Assembly: GCF_006345805.1 (NCBI RefSeq)
Contig: NC_043001.1
Span: forward strand, 57,350,001 to 57,414,000
DNA length: 64,000 nucleotides
Direction of reading: 5' to 3'
Origin: Octopus sinensis
Taxonomy: Eukaryota
Every line of letters starts with the position of its first letter. Position 1 is the stretch's first letter. Below are positions 14,147 to 28,666 of the stretch, piece after piece. A model generated the notes under the pieces. It saw only the letters and a program-made list of their open reading frames with translations, ran no database searches and had not been told where the DNA came from. The position numbers were made by a program, and so were the translations under genes.

Positions 14147-14755
14147 TTTTTTCTTTTCTTCTTTCAAATTTGTTTCCATTTCTTGCCGAGTGTCTTCAGG
14201 ACTCCTAGGGCAAAGAAACTCATACTATACATTGGTAGGCCATTAAACCAAACTCAGTAGTTCGTTCATTCTTTTTTTTTTAAGTTAAATTAAAATACAT
14301 GAGCAACAACAGTTCTCACATCGACAATGCTCTTCTCAATAAGTGTGATGTACCAGTTAAGACAATCTTTTGCACTTCTTGCAGGGATGGTAAGCCAGGG
14401 ATCATTCTCATATAATTTTCGGTTCCCTTCTTGATCATTCCTAGTGCTCCTACGATCACTGGTATTGTAACCGCCTTGAGATGCCACATTTTCTCAATTT
14501 CATTGAGTAGGTCTTTATATTTTCTGAGCTTGTCAAACTCTTTCGCTGAGATATTATGATCACAGGGGATGCTCATGTCGATCAATAAGCAAACTTTATT
14601 GTTTTGGTCTTTCACAACAATACCTGGTTTATTGGCGTTGATGGTTCGGTCTGTATGTACTGGAAAGTCCCACGGAATGATTACATTTTCTCCTTCAGTT
14701 ACAGCCTCTGGGTGGTGATTATACCACTTGTCGGCAGTTTTGATATTGTAATGCC

Positions 14756-14758
<3 letters not shown>
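14146..14758 (-). mobile_element. R4/Dong-type 3' end (RLE domain plus 3' UTR), 5'-truncated
   Basis: WYNHHPEAVTEGENVIIPWDFPVHTDRTINANKPGIVVKD...LLIDMSIP...KLRKYKDL; bounded by TAA tracts. Confidence 0.9.
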
Positions 14759-14816
<58 letters not shown>

Positions 14817-14869
14817 CATTATTATTATCATTATTATTATTATTATTATTTTATTATTATTAATATTTT

Positions 14870-16770
14870 GATCAACATCTTTCGATTGTTTCCTTTTCTT
14901 GCCGAATGTCCTCCTGACACAATACGTGTGACATACCAGTAAAGACAATCTTTTGCATTTCCTGCATGGGTGGTAAGCCAGGGATCATTCTTAAATAACT
15001 GTTCCTTTTTTTATACTTCCAAGTGCGCCAACAATCACTGGTATTGTGACCGTCTTGAGCTACCACATCTTTTCGATTAGCAGATCTGTATATTTTCTGA
15101 GCTTATCAAATTCTTTTGGTGAGATATTATGGTCACAGTGTATGCGCATGTCAATCAATAAACACAATTTATTGCTTTTGTCTTTAACAGCAATATGTGG
15201 TTTATTTGCTTTGATAGTCAGATCTGTACATGCTGGGAAGTCCGAAAGCATAGTTACATTTTCTCCCTCAGTTACAACCTCAGGGTGGTGCTCGTACCAT
15301 TTGTCAGCAGTTTTGATTTTATAATGCCGTCACATTTTCCAATGTAGATATCGCAGCCAACCCTGTTATGTCTTGATTTGTACTCTTCAGGTGCTAAAAC
15401 CTTACATCCAGAGATTAGGTTGTCAACTGATTCTATCCCATCGTTGTAGAGTCGGCACTTTGGGTCTACACCATTTTTCATCACGTTGGTTTGATAATTC
15501 CGGCTCTGATCTTGGGCAGCCAAGATCAGAGACTGTCTGCCTTTAGCCCTGAGCTCCGTAACTACTAATGGGTGTGCTTCTGGTTTACATCAGCTTGTTT
15601 GCTACGGGCCACATATTTGCCGTGCAGAGGTTTTCGTTCCCACCTATCAGCCAATTGTTCAAGCGTATTTTACTTTGCAACTACAGTTGCTGTACTTCCC
15701 TCATGCTGTTCAACCTGGATATTATGCATAAACTCACTTGAAAAGTTTTTGCCTTCCTTTAGAATAAAGCTTTCATGGTTTTCAACGAGCTTTAGCATCC
15801 AGTCGTTTGATGTTTCAAGATATTTTGCCAGTCCAATTGTGGTAGTTTTGTAGGAGATTTCAAATTGGATCAAGCCTCGACCTTCTTGAGCTCTAGGTAA
15901 GTAAAAACGACTTGCTTCTGCCTTTGGGTGGTGCATCTTATTGCAAGTCAGCAGCTTACAGATTTTCCGATCAATCTTCTTTATTTCGCTCATATCCCAG
16001 CTCAACACATTGAAACCGTAAATAAGAACATGAACTGCTAAGTAATTCATAGCTATCACCTTTTTACGCGCATTAAAAACTTGGATTTTCGGACTGATCG
16101 AATTCTTCTGCAATACTCCTTCCTTATCTTCTCTTTCATACCTGCATGTTGAGTGCGAGAGCCCTTACTTATTCAGAGGTATTTATAAGTTTGATCTGCT
16201 CAAGTTCTTTTATGACTACATCGACATCCAACAGTTCTGAATGTGAAAGATTCAGTTTTCCTTTCTGGACAATGGCCTTGGTACATTTATCAAGACCAGA
16301 ATGCTTCACAGTACGTAGTAATCTTTGAAGCTCATTATCGTCTTTGCCATAGAATTTTCAGTGATCCACATAAAATAGGCAACTTGTCGCCAATTTTATA
16401 TCCATACCTGGTGAGTTCACTTGTAAGGAGTATTAGGGCTATGCAAAAAATAAAGAATGAAAGTGAGTCACCTTGGAAAATGCCGCAGCTGATATTAATA
16501 TTTTTTGTGGTCAGTGCTCCATTAGAGTGGTATAATTGGAGATTCGTATTCCACATTGACATGTTGGGCTAGAGGAAGCTTGAAATCACGGGATAAATTT
16601 GAAAATATCCAGTGATTTCAAGATCCATGAATGCGGTGTGCTGTCGAATGCCTTTTTATAATCAACCTATGCAGAACTGAGATATCTGCGTATAATGACA
16701 GCTCTCAAGGATCATGTGATTGATTAAGTGTTGGTCTTTGCATCCATATGAGCCTCATCGGCATCCTTTA
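14870..16770 (-). mobile_element. R4/Dong-type RT-CCHC-RLE pseudo-ORF, 5'-truncated
   Basis: GIFQGDSLS, MHHPKAEASRFYLPRAQEGRGL, AAQDQS, CRLYNDGIESVDNLISGC..RHNRV and KPHIAVKD..LLID; many stops and frameshifts. Confidence 0.9.
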
Positions 16771-16949
16771 TTATTAGATATCCACTAGCCGTTCATGCGA
16801 TTAGAACCCTTTTGATAATCTTTCCTGTCCCTAAAAGAAACTCTACATAGCCTTTAATCCAAGCTCTTTCAAATATAACATTATTATTACTATTATTATT
16901 AGTGTTGTTGTTGTTGTTGTTGTTGTTATTATTATTATTATTATTAATA

Positions 16950-17011
<62 letters not shown>

Positions 17012-17039
17012 TGTGTTTCGCTTCATTATAACTTTATTT

Positions 17040-17290
17040 CAGCTGTCTAAGTACTGGGATCCTCCGGAGGCTAAGAGTAGCAAGAGCACTTTTGTTTTGC
17101 TATGTAAGCTAAGATTATCACCACACATTTATTCCAGTTTGGATGGAGAGTGCTTTGTAGTTTACGAAGACTGGAGTTACCAGGGAGTTGCTTAATATAC
17201 TTCTTAGCTTCTTCCTTAATCATTCCCAACGTACCAATTACTACTGGTATTACCATTGTACTAAGTTTCCATATTTTTATAATTGTGGGA
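17040..17290 (-). mobile_element. Short R4/Dong-type 3' terminal fragment
   Basis: VIPVVIGTLGMIK...LPGNSSL followed by a TAA tract. Confidence 0.7.
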
Positions 17291-17685
17291 CAGAAATATC
17301 TATTAACAGATATATTCCTCTGTTGTAGTCTTTTATGTGGATCACTGAAAATTCTATGGCAAAGACGATAATGAGCTTCAAAGATTACTACGCACTGTGA
17401 AGCATTCTGTGAAGCATTCGATTGGAGTCAATTTTTCTCTCTGTTTTCATTGGGAAGCTGCAAATATGGTGACGCCCTCGCCATTTACTCCATCCTCTGG
17501 ATGGCCTTTACCACTAATCATGGGATTTAATTTTGTAGTATTTACAAGCTTTCCAGTGGATGTACTGCTCTAGTCTGTCATGTTATACGAGGTACTCCTT
17601 TCAGCGAGGATTGGGTATACAGTAACAAAATGATCACTTGTCTCTGTGAAGTTCCAGCTAATACTGCACGACGGGTCAGATCCAC

Positions 17686-17811
<126 letters not shown>

Positions 17812-19269
17812 CGGTGCTGTTGTTGCTGCTGTCATTATTACCACTATTGTACTTGGTGCATGTGAATAATGCATTTTCCAATCAGTTTGTTCTGTGGAAT
17901 GTTTATGATCGTTGTAATTCTAATAATAAATCGTTACACGGCCACGTCAGCCTCTTTCATTGCACGCTTATTTTACACCTCAGAAACTTCTTAACTCTAT
18001 TCCATAAACTACTAATTTATTTCTCATGGTGTCAAGACTTGTATGCACCTCAGTTAATCTATCAAAAATTGGTTCAGGCACTGCTTGCTTCTTTTCGCTG
18101 AGATTATGTCATCTTCGAATTCTGTGGAGTTAGTTTGAAAATGGCATAAAAATCAAATTTAGAGATATATCTAAATATTTATTTACCTTAATACATTTTA
18201 GTGATCTCATGAAACATTATGAGAGAACTGAATATGTTATGCTAGAGTTATCGGAAATGTCTGTAGTTAAATTAATAATGTTATCGCAGCCAACGAACTG
18301 AACCAAGAATTAAGCATGAAACTAGTGGTGTATGGTGTGGAGTTTCCATTCCTGTGGACCATGCATATTGTCACATTCAATCATTTATACAATAATTTCT
18401 GTTTCATTGAAGACGGTGGTATGGAGATATTTCGGCAACCTGCAGACTAAATAACAATTTCAGAAAACTATTTCCAATTTCAGGTTTTTCCAAATCTATA
18501 ATACTCCAAGAATGGAACTAATCTCAAATAGCATTCACTTTACTAACTTTATTGTCATTCTCTAATTACCACCATCCTATCCTCAGTATTTTTCTAACCT
18601 TATGTTCACATTGTTCCTATTCTCAGTCCATCCCTATTTCACTTATGTCCTTATCCTCGTTCTACATTTGTCCCAATAGTGTTCTTAACACCACTGTATA
18701 CGTATCTCCACACTAGCCCTATTCTCATTCTATCTTTCTTCCGAATTTGGCGTTATCCCAAATATTCCTTAATCCCCAGACTATGTTAGTCATATTCCCA
18801 TACTAACTTCATCTCTACATCGTCTGTGTTCCTACTCCATTCTTTTTTCTACTCTATCCTTCCATCGTTCTACCCTTATTTCCATTTTGTTGTTATTCCC
18901 ATTATAACCTAATCCCATGCTATCTCTATCACGATTCTTTCCCTAGAGCTATTCTGTTTTATTGCCCAATCTGTCCTTGTCCTTATTCTACACCAGTCCG
19001 TAAACTATCTCTGTTCTGTCTTTATAACCTGCTCCCCAAATCTACTTACGCTGAAACAATATTCTTCCACATGCTCGTATTCTTCATTACAATGTTTTAT
19101 CTCTACACCAATTTTTTCATATACTATTTTTATCGTTAAATGCAATTATTAGGTTGTTTCACATGAAACATCGCATTTTTAATTACTTGTTATTTCAGTC
19201 ATTTAAAAACGCAATTATGTATACCTTGCATTTAATCTTGAGTCTTTTACCTTTCCCTATAATATTGGT

Positions 19270-19620
19270 ATAAAATATTCGTACCCACAGATCTTTGAGT
19301 GATTTTCTCGAATGCGTACAAACTGGGTTATTCTGCTGCATAAGCTCTACGGAATATCAAACGGGCCTTTGGTAATGGTTTTGTTGATATCAGAACTATT
19401 CAGAGATGGTACCAAAGCTCTCTTTCAGGAGATGGTAGCCTTGAATATAAAGCAAAGGGTACGCCAATTCTTTGGTTGAACAAAATCTGAGAACAAAAGT
19501 TCGAAAACGTTCATCAGAACTCGAAACATCTCGCACAAGTGGTTTTGGACACCTGTAAAAAACTGGAAAAGTCAAGAAAACGGATATGTTTCTTCCACAA
19601 TAACAGAACGAGATAAAAAA
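19270..19620 (+). mobile_element. Decayed mariner transposase N-terminus
   Basis: Reads YKLGYSAA*ALRNIKRAFGNGFVDIRTIQRWYQ and HL*KTGKVKKTDMFLPQ (Mos1-type HTH and a WVPHEL-like region). Confidence 0.6.
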
Positions 19621-20249
19621 AAACACACGTGCTCTTCATTGCTTTCTTTAACACTTCTGAAGCATTTTATTGTTACCTTTCAAATACGTGTGCAACAACC
19701 TACATCTTAATCGTTATGTTCACCATTTTCGTCACAATGCTTTAGTTATTTACTTCCACGCTGTCTCTATCTCTATCCTCATGCTATTTTAATCATTATA
19801 TCTCAAACTCTACTTTGTTCTTGTTCCCATCCTTCCCTTATTCCTGACATGTTTTAATTATATTAAACAAAATGATCGCTTCATTAAGAGTCTTCAGGTT
19901 TCACCAATTCACCGCATTTGATATATAGTGTCACATCAGCCGATACGCTGTATACCTAGGAATTATACTATAACTGTTTCATTTTCTCCGCTGAATATAA
20001 GGTCATGGAGTTTATTAACATGCAGCAAATTGCACCAGCACAGAGCCACTTTGAGTTTATTCCTTTTTGATAAATTTCTCCTAAACTTCCAGTCGCCGCC
20101 TCCCACTAAACGTATCCAAATATTCCTCATTTTTGGAATGTTTTAACGGAACCCGCATTAAATGCATACTTTAATATTCTTATTGAACATATCTCTTCAA
20201 CACATGAAACAAAAGTGCTATACTATTTGTAGAATGAAAATGAATTTCT

Positions 20250-20450
20250 CTTTTGACTGTTACTTGTTTCAGTCATTGGGCCACTGCCTTGGTGTGTTCA
20301 ATAAAGGTGATTATATTTTAAGTATGGTCTTATTCTATCATTTCCGTTTGCCGAACCGCTAACTTACGTGGCGATACACAAATCGACGCCGTTGGTCAAG
20401 TGTCGTCAGGGGTCAAAAACAAATACAGACACACTCACACACGCAAACAC
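20250..20450 (-). mobile_element. SINE family 2, body/3' part
   Basis: ttattctatc...tttgccgaaccgctaa; reverse-complement homolog of 58550-58725. Confidence 0.6.
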
Positions 20451-20937
20451 ACACATAATCAAATATATATGCATGTATGTATGTATAGGTGTATATATGT
20501 ATGTAGATAATCGTGCGAACAATTAGCTTCCCATCATGAGCAGGAAGGCTTAAGATAACACAACTGATCAACAGCGTAATCATCTGAGATTGATATACTT
20601 GAGAATGAAGATCATACGTTTCGATTTTAACATATCTTTTAATGAATGAAATTTGGGTAAGCACACCCGATGTAGTTTCTATAAAAAGGAATAAGTGAAT
20701 GATAAGTGACATAAGGCTACAATGTGCAAAATAATGATTTTTGGAGAGTAAACTATGAAGAAATCTAGGAAAACGATTTTGAGAAAACATGTTCGAACAG
20801 TAGCAATGGAAAATAATCGTTTGTATGATATATGCTGAAATACTGAAATCCCATGCACATACAAAAATCCATTGAAGTACACACACATATATAAATGTAG
20901 GTATATGATATGCATATATATATATGTATATATGTAT

Positions 20938-20996
<59 letters not shown>

Positions 20997-21987
20997 GTGT
21001 GTGTGTGTGTGTGCGTGTGTGTGTTTACATGTATAAATGTGTGTGTATGATGTATGTAGATGATATAAAAAATAGAATGACACATTTTAAGTTTGGCAGT
21101 TTAGAGATGAAATAATCGACCGTCAAATGAATTCAAGTAAGCTAAAATTGATCAATTAGATCATCATAACTAGGTGCTATATGTCCTTTCATAAAGAGAG
21201 ACTTAATGAATTACAACTTTAGTATACACATTGCATAAGATTTCTGCATAACTACTTATTCATAGTCAAGATGTACATATAAACACACATACACACATAA
21301 ACATATACATATATATGTATGCATGCATTTCGTGCATACATACATGTATATTACATACATACTTACATACTTAGCTTCCTTAAAATGTCAACGAGATACT
21401 ACTTGCCCTGAGGCATGATATGATTGCGAAGGCTATTTAAAACGCTAATTGCAGAAAAGCCGTGTGGCATATATCAAATACATCTCAGAACCAGCATGTA
21501 TGCACATATTTAAAAACAAAGAACGCTTGTGGTACATACAAATAGCAATTTAGTACAAGTAAAATGGCCTGAATATCTTCCTGTGGGAGATGGAATAAGT
21601 CATGGAATAAAAGTCATTGTACATTAATGCAAAACTTACAGCACTTGTACACTGACTATATGTTCTCATTTGATCTTACCGACATAGGAGCATTAGGCTA
21701 TATAACTTAAACATATAAACACTAGGTTTGTGGAACAGAGAACAAAAGAAACTGATGCGGGGTACTACAATCAAATCTAATAGGAAGATTGTAAGACATT
21801 CGAAAATTTCTTCATCTGAGATTCCTTTCATGACTTGATGCACACACTTGAGCGAGTGCATCGACGACTGAGCCAACATATCAACTCCACCACATATGTA
21901 CTAATGCTAGGAAGTCTCTGAATTCAGTAGGTATTATTGATTTCTTAGTCACTAGCTATATCTCTCCTAAGAATTTAATATATATAT

Positions 21988-22757
21988 ACAGTTGGTCTGA
22001 TCAGTAAGTATAACCTAAATGTTCCAGTAGTAACGAAGCCAAAGCACGCGGGATGAAGCCGCTTGGCCCAAATTGACCACGAACTCTGCTGCCTATGTGC
22101 ACGAGATTTTATCGTTCTAGCTCTCTTCCGTTGTTTACAGCCGTACTTGGAATGAAGATGTGTAGCACGTGATCGTCGCATTGACCATGACAGGAAGTTT
22201 AGCAAAAAATCTGCATCAAATCTTATCAAAAGCTTGACGATACCTGCTCAGAGACCTACGCAACCTTTTTAAATAGTATTCATCATTCTCGACACTATCA
22301 GAGAGATCTCGTGCACCGGTAACTCGAGAGTCTTTTTGGTCAGCTGAAAGCAGTTTTGGCACAAACTTGACAGAAACGCGTCTCATACCCGAATCTTCAA
22401 TGATAATGGACTGAAGTGAACCATAACTAATCTGCACAGCCTCTGATAACTCACTGATGGTTGTTCGATGATTTCCCCTCTAGGTGCACTCACATATGCG
22501 AGGTTTTCCTCAGCTCTGCTGGTTGAGGGTCTCCCAGAACGTTCGCTAATATCGACAGTTTTTCGGCGATCTTAAAGTCATCTGAACCACTCGTACATTT
22601 GCGTGCGGTTCATACTGCTCTCTATACACTTTCTGCAACGTTAAAACTCAGTGCGCATGCACAACTAATTTCAACGTCAATCCTTGCCTAGTGGATTCAC
22701 ACTGCGTGGTTTAGCTTTGTCACTTTGGCAACACTCCGGATACTTATTGACCAGACC

Positions 22758-22761
<4 letters not shown>
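21988..22761 (+). mobile_element. Internally deleted mariner with TIRs and an inverted internal segment
   Basis: Left end tacagttggtctgatcagtaagtat vs right end (rc) tacagggtctggtcaataagtat; TA flanks. Transposase start on + (about 22187-22264); continuation on - (22639-22265) includes RRVSVKFVPKLL. Confidence 0.8.
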
Positions 22762-22832
<71 letters not shown>

Positions 22833-23009
22833 GAGAGAGAGAGAAAGAGAAAGAGAGGGAGAGAGAGGAAGATGCAAGTGAGTGGATAAATGAAAGAGAG
22901 GGGTACCCAATGTATTTGCTAATAGTTCCTGTAACAAACAGAAGAAACGTTAAGCAGCATGGAACCGAATCAAAATTATGTAAATCCTATTAATAAGGTA
23001 TGAACACGA

Positions 23010-23450
23010 AGTAGATGCCGTGAGTCATGGACACGAACCAGAGGCTGTGATAGAAGATGAGAATTACAAGATCTTGCCCATAAAGACTGACCATACTATT
23101 TATGCATGAAGGCCGGATATGATAATAGGGGACGAAGTGTAAGATGAGGGATTTTACAATTCCCTATGAGAATGAAGTCGACACCAAAGAGAGAGTAAAA
23201 TGTGAGAAATATCAGGATCTAGCCAGAGAGGTGATGAAGAAGTGGTAGACGAAAACAACAAAAATTCCTGCAGTAATTGATGCACTTGCACGATACCTAA
23301 AATGCTACCGAAAAACTTAAAGAAATTGGAATTCAAACACGCATTAACGATCTCCTGAAATGTATCAATCTATATTTTGTGAGAATCCTAAGTAAGATTC
23401 TTGAGATTTGAGGAGACTTGTTGACACCAAGCATCAAGATAAAATACCTG
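23010..23450 (+). mobile_element. Decayed RLE-domain 3' fragment of an R4-type element
   Basis: HEPEAVIEDENYKIL..KTDHTIYA*RPDMII..KYQDLARE. Confidence 0.65.
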
Positions 23451-23475
23451 CTAACTAAACAAGTAAGCACTAGGT

Positions 23476-23541
<66 letters not shown>

Positions 23542-23588
23542 GTCTGCTACTACTACTACTACTACTACTACTATAAATATTTACATAT

Positions 23589-23620
<32 letters not shown>

Positions 23621-23625
23621 TATCA

Positions 23626-24024
23626 TTAATTAAAATCTTAGGGTAGCAAGAATATTTATCGAAAAAATTCTTAGCTACCAGTGGTCTAGCGAGAAGGAAA
23701 AGATTTAGTCAATAGACTATACATTATTCAGAGAAGAATACAGTGTACATTCAAACACATAAGAGATACCCCAATAATAGGATATCAGATTCACTAGAAA
23801 GAGCAGTTAAACTCCAAGCCACTATTTGTTGTAATTCCGAAAGTGATTGAAAAATAAAAACATTTACCTTAGGAAAATGTAGGATAATAAGGTAAAAGTT
23901 TTTTTTATTTTTCAATCACTTTCGGAATTACAACAGTTAGTGGCTTGGAGTTTAACTGCTCTTTCTAGTGAGTCAGTTATCCTATTTTGGAGGTATCTCT
24001 TATGTGTTTGAATGTACACTGTAT

Positions 24025-24029
<5 letters not shown>
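23626..24029. mobile_element. Divergent relative of the hammerhead element with a ~140-bp inverted repeat (fold-back); ribozyme not included
   Basis: Start taattaaaatcttagggtagcaag...gctaccagtggtctagcgaga is homologous to end B of the 490-bp unit. 23735-23871 is inverted at 23888-24025. Shares actagaaa.a.cag..aaa and aaaaacatttacc. Confidence 0.7.
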
Positions 24030-24068
<39 letters not shown>

Positions 24069-24099
24069 GTCTCTCTGTCTCTCTCTCTGTCTCTGTCTC

Positions 24100-24193
<94 letters not shown>

Positions 24194-24200
24194 TATATAT
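24028..24200. repeat. (CT)n-(AT)n compound microsatellite
   Basis: Direct reading. Confidence 0.97.
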
Positions 24201-25165
24201 TTATAATAAGTGTAGGTGGCAAACGAGTGGGTATATATTTATAAAAAAGAAGTTTGAAAACACCACTATATAAGATAAATTTTTATTTTCTTAGAGATTT
24301 TACATGTTTCGGTTCTTCTTGAAAAAACGAACCATATCAAAATTTTTTTTAAAAGTTAGGTGTAATAAAAAACTTCATAATTGTTTCTTACTAGCCTTAA
24401 CAGAGTCCACGTGGTGGTGTGTTGAGTGTGGGGGGTGGCATAATGGCTGTGTTGTGCGTTCAGTAGATTCGTTGGCTGTAATTGTGAAAATGATCAGCAG
24501 CAGAAATAGCGGTAGTAGCAGTGACTGTTTGTCGCTGTAGTAGTGACCAGATTAGGAAGTTTATTTAGATGTGTGCACGTAAGAAGGTTTGAAACGTATA
24601 AATGTATGTTTTACATAAAGGTAAAGATAAAAACGTAAATTATTCTTTGCTCACACATGAAGTAGCAGGCACAACAGAGATAAGCATACAAGTCAACAAG
24701 GTGTAGGAGGCATAAGTTAATTCCTTAATGTACTTCAAGGTATCTAGCTCCGGTACTTGGCTGCAAATCTAAAATATCCAATAAGCTTTGAAGTAGTAGT
24801 GAGGCGAGGTAGAAATCCCATGGCCACAAGCTCGTCGATATATTAGTGTCTACATCTGAATGGGATAAAGAAAAGCAGTGACGAAAGGTAACAGAGGTTA
24901 AACTTCTTTCAAAATATTTTCTTTCTCAACTTACTCAAGGTCTTATGTTTTTTTTATAAACGCGAGAGAGATAGATAGAGAAGGATAGAGAGTAAGAGAA
25001 AGCGAGGGACCGCCCGAGAGAAAGGAAGAGTAAGAGAGTGGGAAAGTGCGAGATAAAGGAGAGAGAAACAAAGAGGGAGAATGTGGCGATAAGAAACAGA
25101 AAGGAAGCAACAGAAAGTAACAACCGCACCCTCACCCGCGCGTAGAGCGTGTCACCTTAAGCTAG

Positions 25166-26189
25166 TATATATATAAAACACAGGATCTGTGTCTGTCTGT
25201 GCGTTTGTCATTTCGTTAAAACTCAAGAGCCACACAACCGATTTTAATTAAATTTTGCACATGCATTACATAGAGTCCATAGAATATCATGGGCCAAAGG
25301 AATTTCCAGCTTCTTGCCTGATGCGGGTCCAGAGACAGATAAATCGCATTTTAAAAGCATTTTCGTAGCGTTATGGTCAATAACTTGAAGATAATCCAGT
25401 TGTTTTCCTCCAAATTCGCAACAAACATTAATCAAGCTTCACGAATTGCTGTTGACTAAAAGAAAATTCTGACGCCGACTATGGGTCACCCCAAAATACA
25501 GATTACCCAGATTTCAGTATACTGCGCTGGGTTTTATCTTTGTTTTTAGCCATTTTCCGACGATAAGATATTGATACTACTTCTGCATTATAAGTAGCGT
25601 ATAGTATTTCCTGAACGCTAAGGAGAGATTCGAAGTAAGCAGGCATACAGTCATGTTCAACATTCTCAAAAAAAGTTTCACGTAAGATTTATAAATCTGC
25701 TTGCTTTGGTAATAAACACAAAATTGTGTGAGAGATTTTTTTTAATTTGTTCAATTTCATTGAAACAGATAGTTTATTCTGGAACACCTTGTATGGTGTA
25801 GCGTTGTTAATTGTTGCATTGCTCGAGTAAATATTAAAATCATAGGTCTTCCCGCCTTAAACATCCGATCTTTTTGTTAAGCGTATGGAATCAAGGAGTA
25901 TATTATCCAAAATACATATCTCCTTTATAGGCGTAGATCTGTGGTCGAGAAGATTCCCTCCCAACAATGTCGGCTTGGGTTCAGTCTTACTGTGCGGCAT
26001 GTTGGGCATTTCAGTTTCATTACAGCTCTGTGTCGATCAAAGGCTTGTGTCTTATATACTTGCCATTACTGTATCAATATATAAAATAACACATACAGGA
26101 GTGAATCTATATATATAATAACGCTTTGAATGTGATTCTGAAGAAAAAGTAAAAGTAATTACCCGATCAATAACGGGTATTACAGCTGG
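25166..26189 (+). mobile_element. Non-autonomous Helitron-like element
   Basis: 5' tatatataaaac...tgtctgtctg is homologous to 59320-59490. 3' hairpin tacccg-atcaataa-cgggta followed by CTGG|T (26186-26189). Confidence 0.6.
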
Positions 26190-26235
26190 TATGTTATAAA
26201 TATATACTTATATGTATCCTCATTTACACACACAC

Positions 26236-26268
<33 letters not shown>

Positions 26269-26976
26269 TGTATGTATGTATGTATATATATATATACATA
26301 CATACATACATACATGCACATATATATATATAAATATATATATAAATATATATTATACATACACATATATCTATATAGAATATTATATATACATATACGT
26401 GCATATAAATATATTTTAACGCTATTTATATGAGTTGCTATAAAGGATAAAAGAACATGACGTGTATGTTTGTGTATATTATATATATATATATATGCAT
26501 TATTGTATTTGTGTTTATATTCGAAGCATCGGATTGAATCTTTTATAAAAAAAATATTGTATCGACTAAAACGAAAACAAGGGAAAAAGAGACACGCAAG
26601 AAATATCTAGATAGATTCACAAATACATAGTGTTGGCAACAACTAATGAAACAGAGTAGAATCCCGCGTCAGAAAACATTTTAGAGTGCGAATATTTGCT
26701 TGCTGAGAAATACATCAATAACTACATTACTGATGACAGTACAGTTAACTCTGTTCCCTCCAGAATGTCCAAATATAGAAGACGTAGCCAATGTTTTTTT
26801 TTTATTTATCACAAGTAATTGCCTATCTGCCTCTAATTGATTTTCAATATCTGTAAAATGTCGCTTCTCTGTCATTCCTGTAACAAGGTTGATATTTTAA
26901 AGTCCAGAGCAAGGCTGCAAGTCAAAACAATGAGCGCATCTAATGATGCATAATTACCATTCTATCTATCTATTTA

Positions 26977-27578
<602 letters not shown>

Positions 27579-27588
27579 TATATATATA

Positions 27589-27629
<41 letters not shown>

Positions 27630-27644
27630 CATATTAATATATAT

Positions 27645-27732
<88 letters not shown>

Positions 27733-27958
27733 ATTAATCAATATAGGGTGGCAAGGAAAATTTTGTAGAATTTTATTGCCACCAGCGGCCCAGTGGGAAA
27801 AAATTAAATAGTCATAGACCATTTTTAAGTTCAACATTAACAATTAAGGAACGGCCATAATAGGCCATTCACCCACTAGAAATAACAGCCAAAGCTTCTA
27901 CCGCAAATAAAGATTAATTCCGTAAACAGGAGAAAATTAAAAAAACATTTACCCTGTA

Positions 27959-28065
27959 ATTTCTTGTACGGTATACCGTTTCATCCGCTGTTTAATGGTA
28001 AACTAACCTGATTAAATTAAATCAAGCCAATCTTCCATAAGCCCTCGGATTCTTCAGCAAGAAAT
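27959..28065 (-). ncRNA. Type I hammerhead ribozyme
   Basis: Reverse complement of atttcttg-CTGAAGA-atccg...cggat-GAAA-cggtataccg-TA-caagaaat. Confidence 0.85.
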
Positions 28066-28559
28066 AGCTCAAGTCGGAACAGATATTTACACGAGGCATA
28101 CCCAATCTTGCCAAGGCAATATCTGACCTAAAATTTGATATTAAACAGCGGATGAAACGGTATACCGTACAAGAAATTACAGGGTAAATGTTTTTTTAAT
28201 TTTCTCCTGTTTACGGAATTAATCTTTATTTGCGGTAGAAGCTTTGGCTGTTATTTCTAGGGGTGAATGCCTATTATGGCCGTTCCTTAATTGTTAATGT
28301 TGAACTTAAAAATGGTCTATGACTATTTAATTTTTTCCCACTGGGCCGCTGGTGGCAATAAAATTCTACAAAATTTTCCTTGCCACCCTATATTGATTAA
28401 TTATGAATTTTTTGGTTAATTCCGTAATGGAATCGACGGCTGATATTTATTTGCTGCCGATAAATTTGGCGCGAGCGCGACGATTTGAAAATTTTAGGTC
28501 AGATATTGCCTTGGCAAGATTGGGTATGCCTCGTGTAAATATCTGTTCCGACTTGAGCT

Positions 28560-28666
28560 ATTTCTTGCTGAAGAATCCGAGGGCTTATGGAAGATTGGCT
28601 TGATTTAATTTAATCAGGTTAGTTTACCATTAAACAGCGGATGAAACGGTATACCGTACAAGAAAT
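28560..28666 (+). ncRNA. Type I hammerhead ribozyme
   Basis: atttcttg-CTGAAGA-atccg...cggat-GAAA-cggtataccg-TA|caagaaat. Confidence 0.88.
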
